Of a stretch of 64,000 bases of DNA, positions 63,734-64,000 are shown piece after piece; the stretch's first letter is position 1, and each line of letters starts with the position of its first letter. The stretch lies in contig CM000154.2 in the NCBI GenBank assembly GCA_000004695.1, positions 1,312,001 through 1,376,000 on the forward strand. Direction: 5' to 3'. This DNA comes from Dictyostelium discoideum. Taxonomy: Eukaryota. Both the position numbers and the translations under genes were made by a program. The notes below the pieces were generated by a model that had not been told where the DNA came from, made no database searches, and was given only the letters and a program-made list of their open reading frames with translations.

Positions 63734-63804
63734 CTGTAATAAAACTAATGATTAATAAATTAAATTTTAATAAACAAATAAAAATAATAAAATTTTAAGT
63801 TTAC

Positions 63805-63807
63805 CAT
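63805..63807 (-). CDS. Zinc-ribbon protein, putative exon 1 (ATG only, then GTAAAC intron of 71 nt)
   Basis: Minus-strand ATG is immediately followed by GTAAAC. This is the only ATG that joins in frame to exon 2. Confidence 0.3.
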
Positions 63808-63867
63808 TTTTTTTTTCTCTGTTTTAGTAAATTAAAAAAATAAATTTCATTTTAATAAAAAGGAAAT

Positions 63868-63901
<34 letters not shown>

Positions 63902-64000
63902 AAAGAAAAAAGAAATTAATTTAAAATTTCCTTTTTTAAACAATTTTTTTTTTTTTTTTATTTTTTTTTATTTTAATTTTAATTTTATTTTTTTATTTTT

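Overview
This window is AT-rich nuclear DNA of a social amoeba, almost certainly Dictyostelium discoideum or a close relative. The evidence is about 75-80% A+T, very short AT-rich introns with GTAAGT/GTATGT donors and (T/A)AG acceptors, coding poly-N/poly-Q/poly-T tracts, and (TAA)n microsatellites. Nothing prokaryotic is present: no CRISPR array, operon, tRNA or mobile element. I resolved about 30 protein-coding genes by hand translation and splice-site reading. Recognisable genes are ribosomal proteins uL16/RPL10 (with three 5' micro-exons) and uL11/RPL12, mitochondrial chaperonin Hsp10, snRNP SmE, a four-exon threonyl-tRNA synthetase, a 1584-aa dual-specificity phosphatase with gelsolin-like repeats, a C2H2 zinc-finger protein, a WDR26-like LisH/CTLH/WD40 protein, a PhyH-like dioxygenase, a 51-aa metallothionein-like gene, a SWI3/SMARCC-like SWIRM-ZZ-SANT protein, Atg101, a secreted GH39 hydrolase, a PPIE-like RRM protein, PGAP2/Frag1, a head-to-head PLP-synthase pair pdx2/pdx1, and several lineage-specific low-complexity proteins. 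Unusual items are a secreted about-950-aa protein made of about 25 tandem [12 protein letters not shown] units that looks like a polyprotein precursor, two tandem 1.2-kaa type-I membrane glycoprotein paralogs whose 3' ends are near-identical, a coiled-coil gene broken at two homopolymer runs, and an about 90-bp LSU-rRNA-like fragment in an intergenic spacer. Coordinates come from manual counting anchored to the ORF track; splice junctions not spanned by a track ORF may be off by 1-2 nt.
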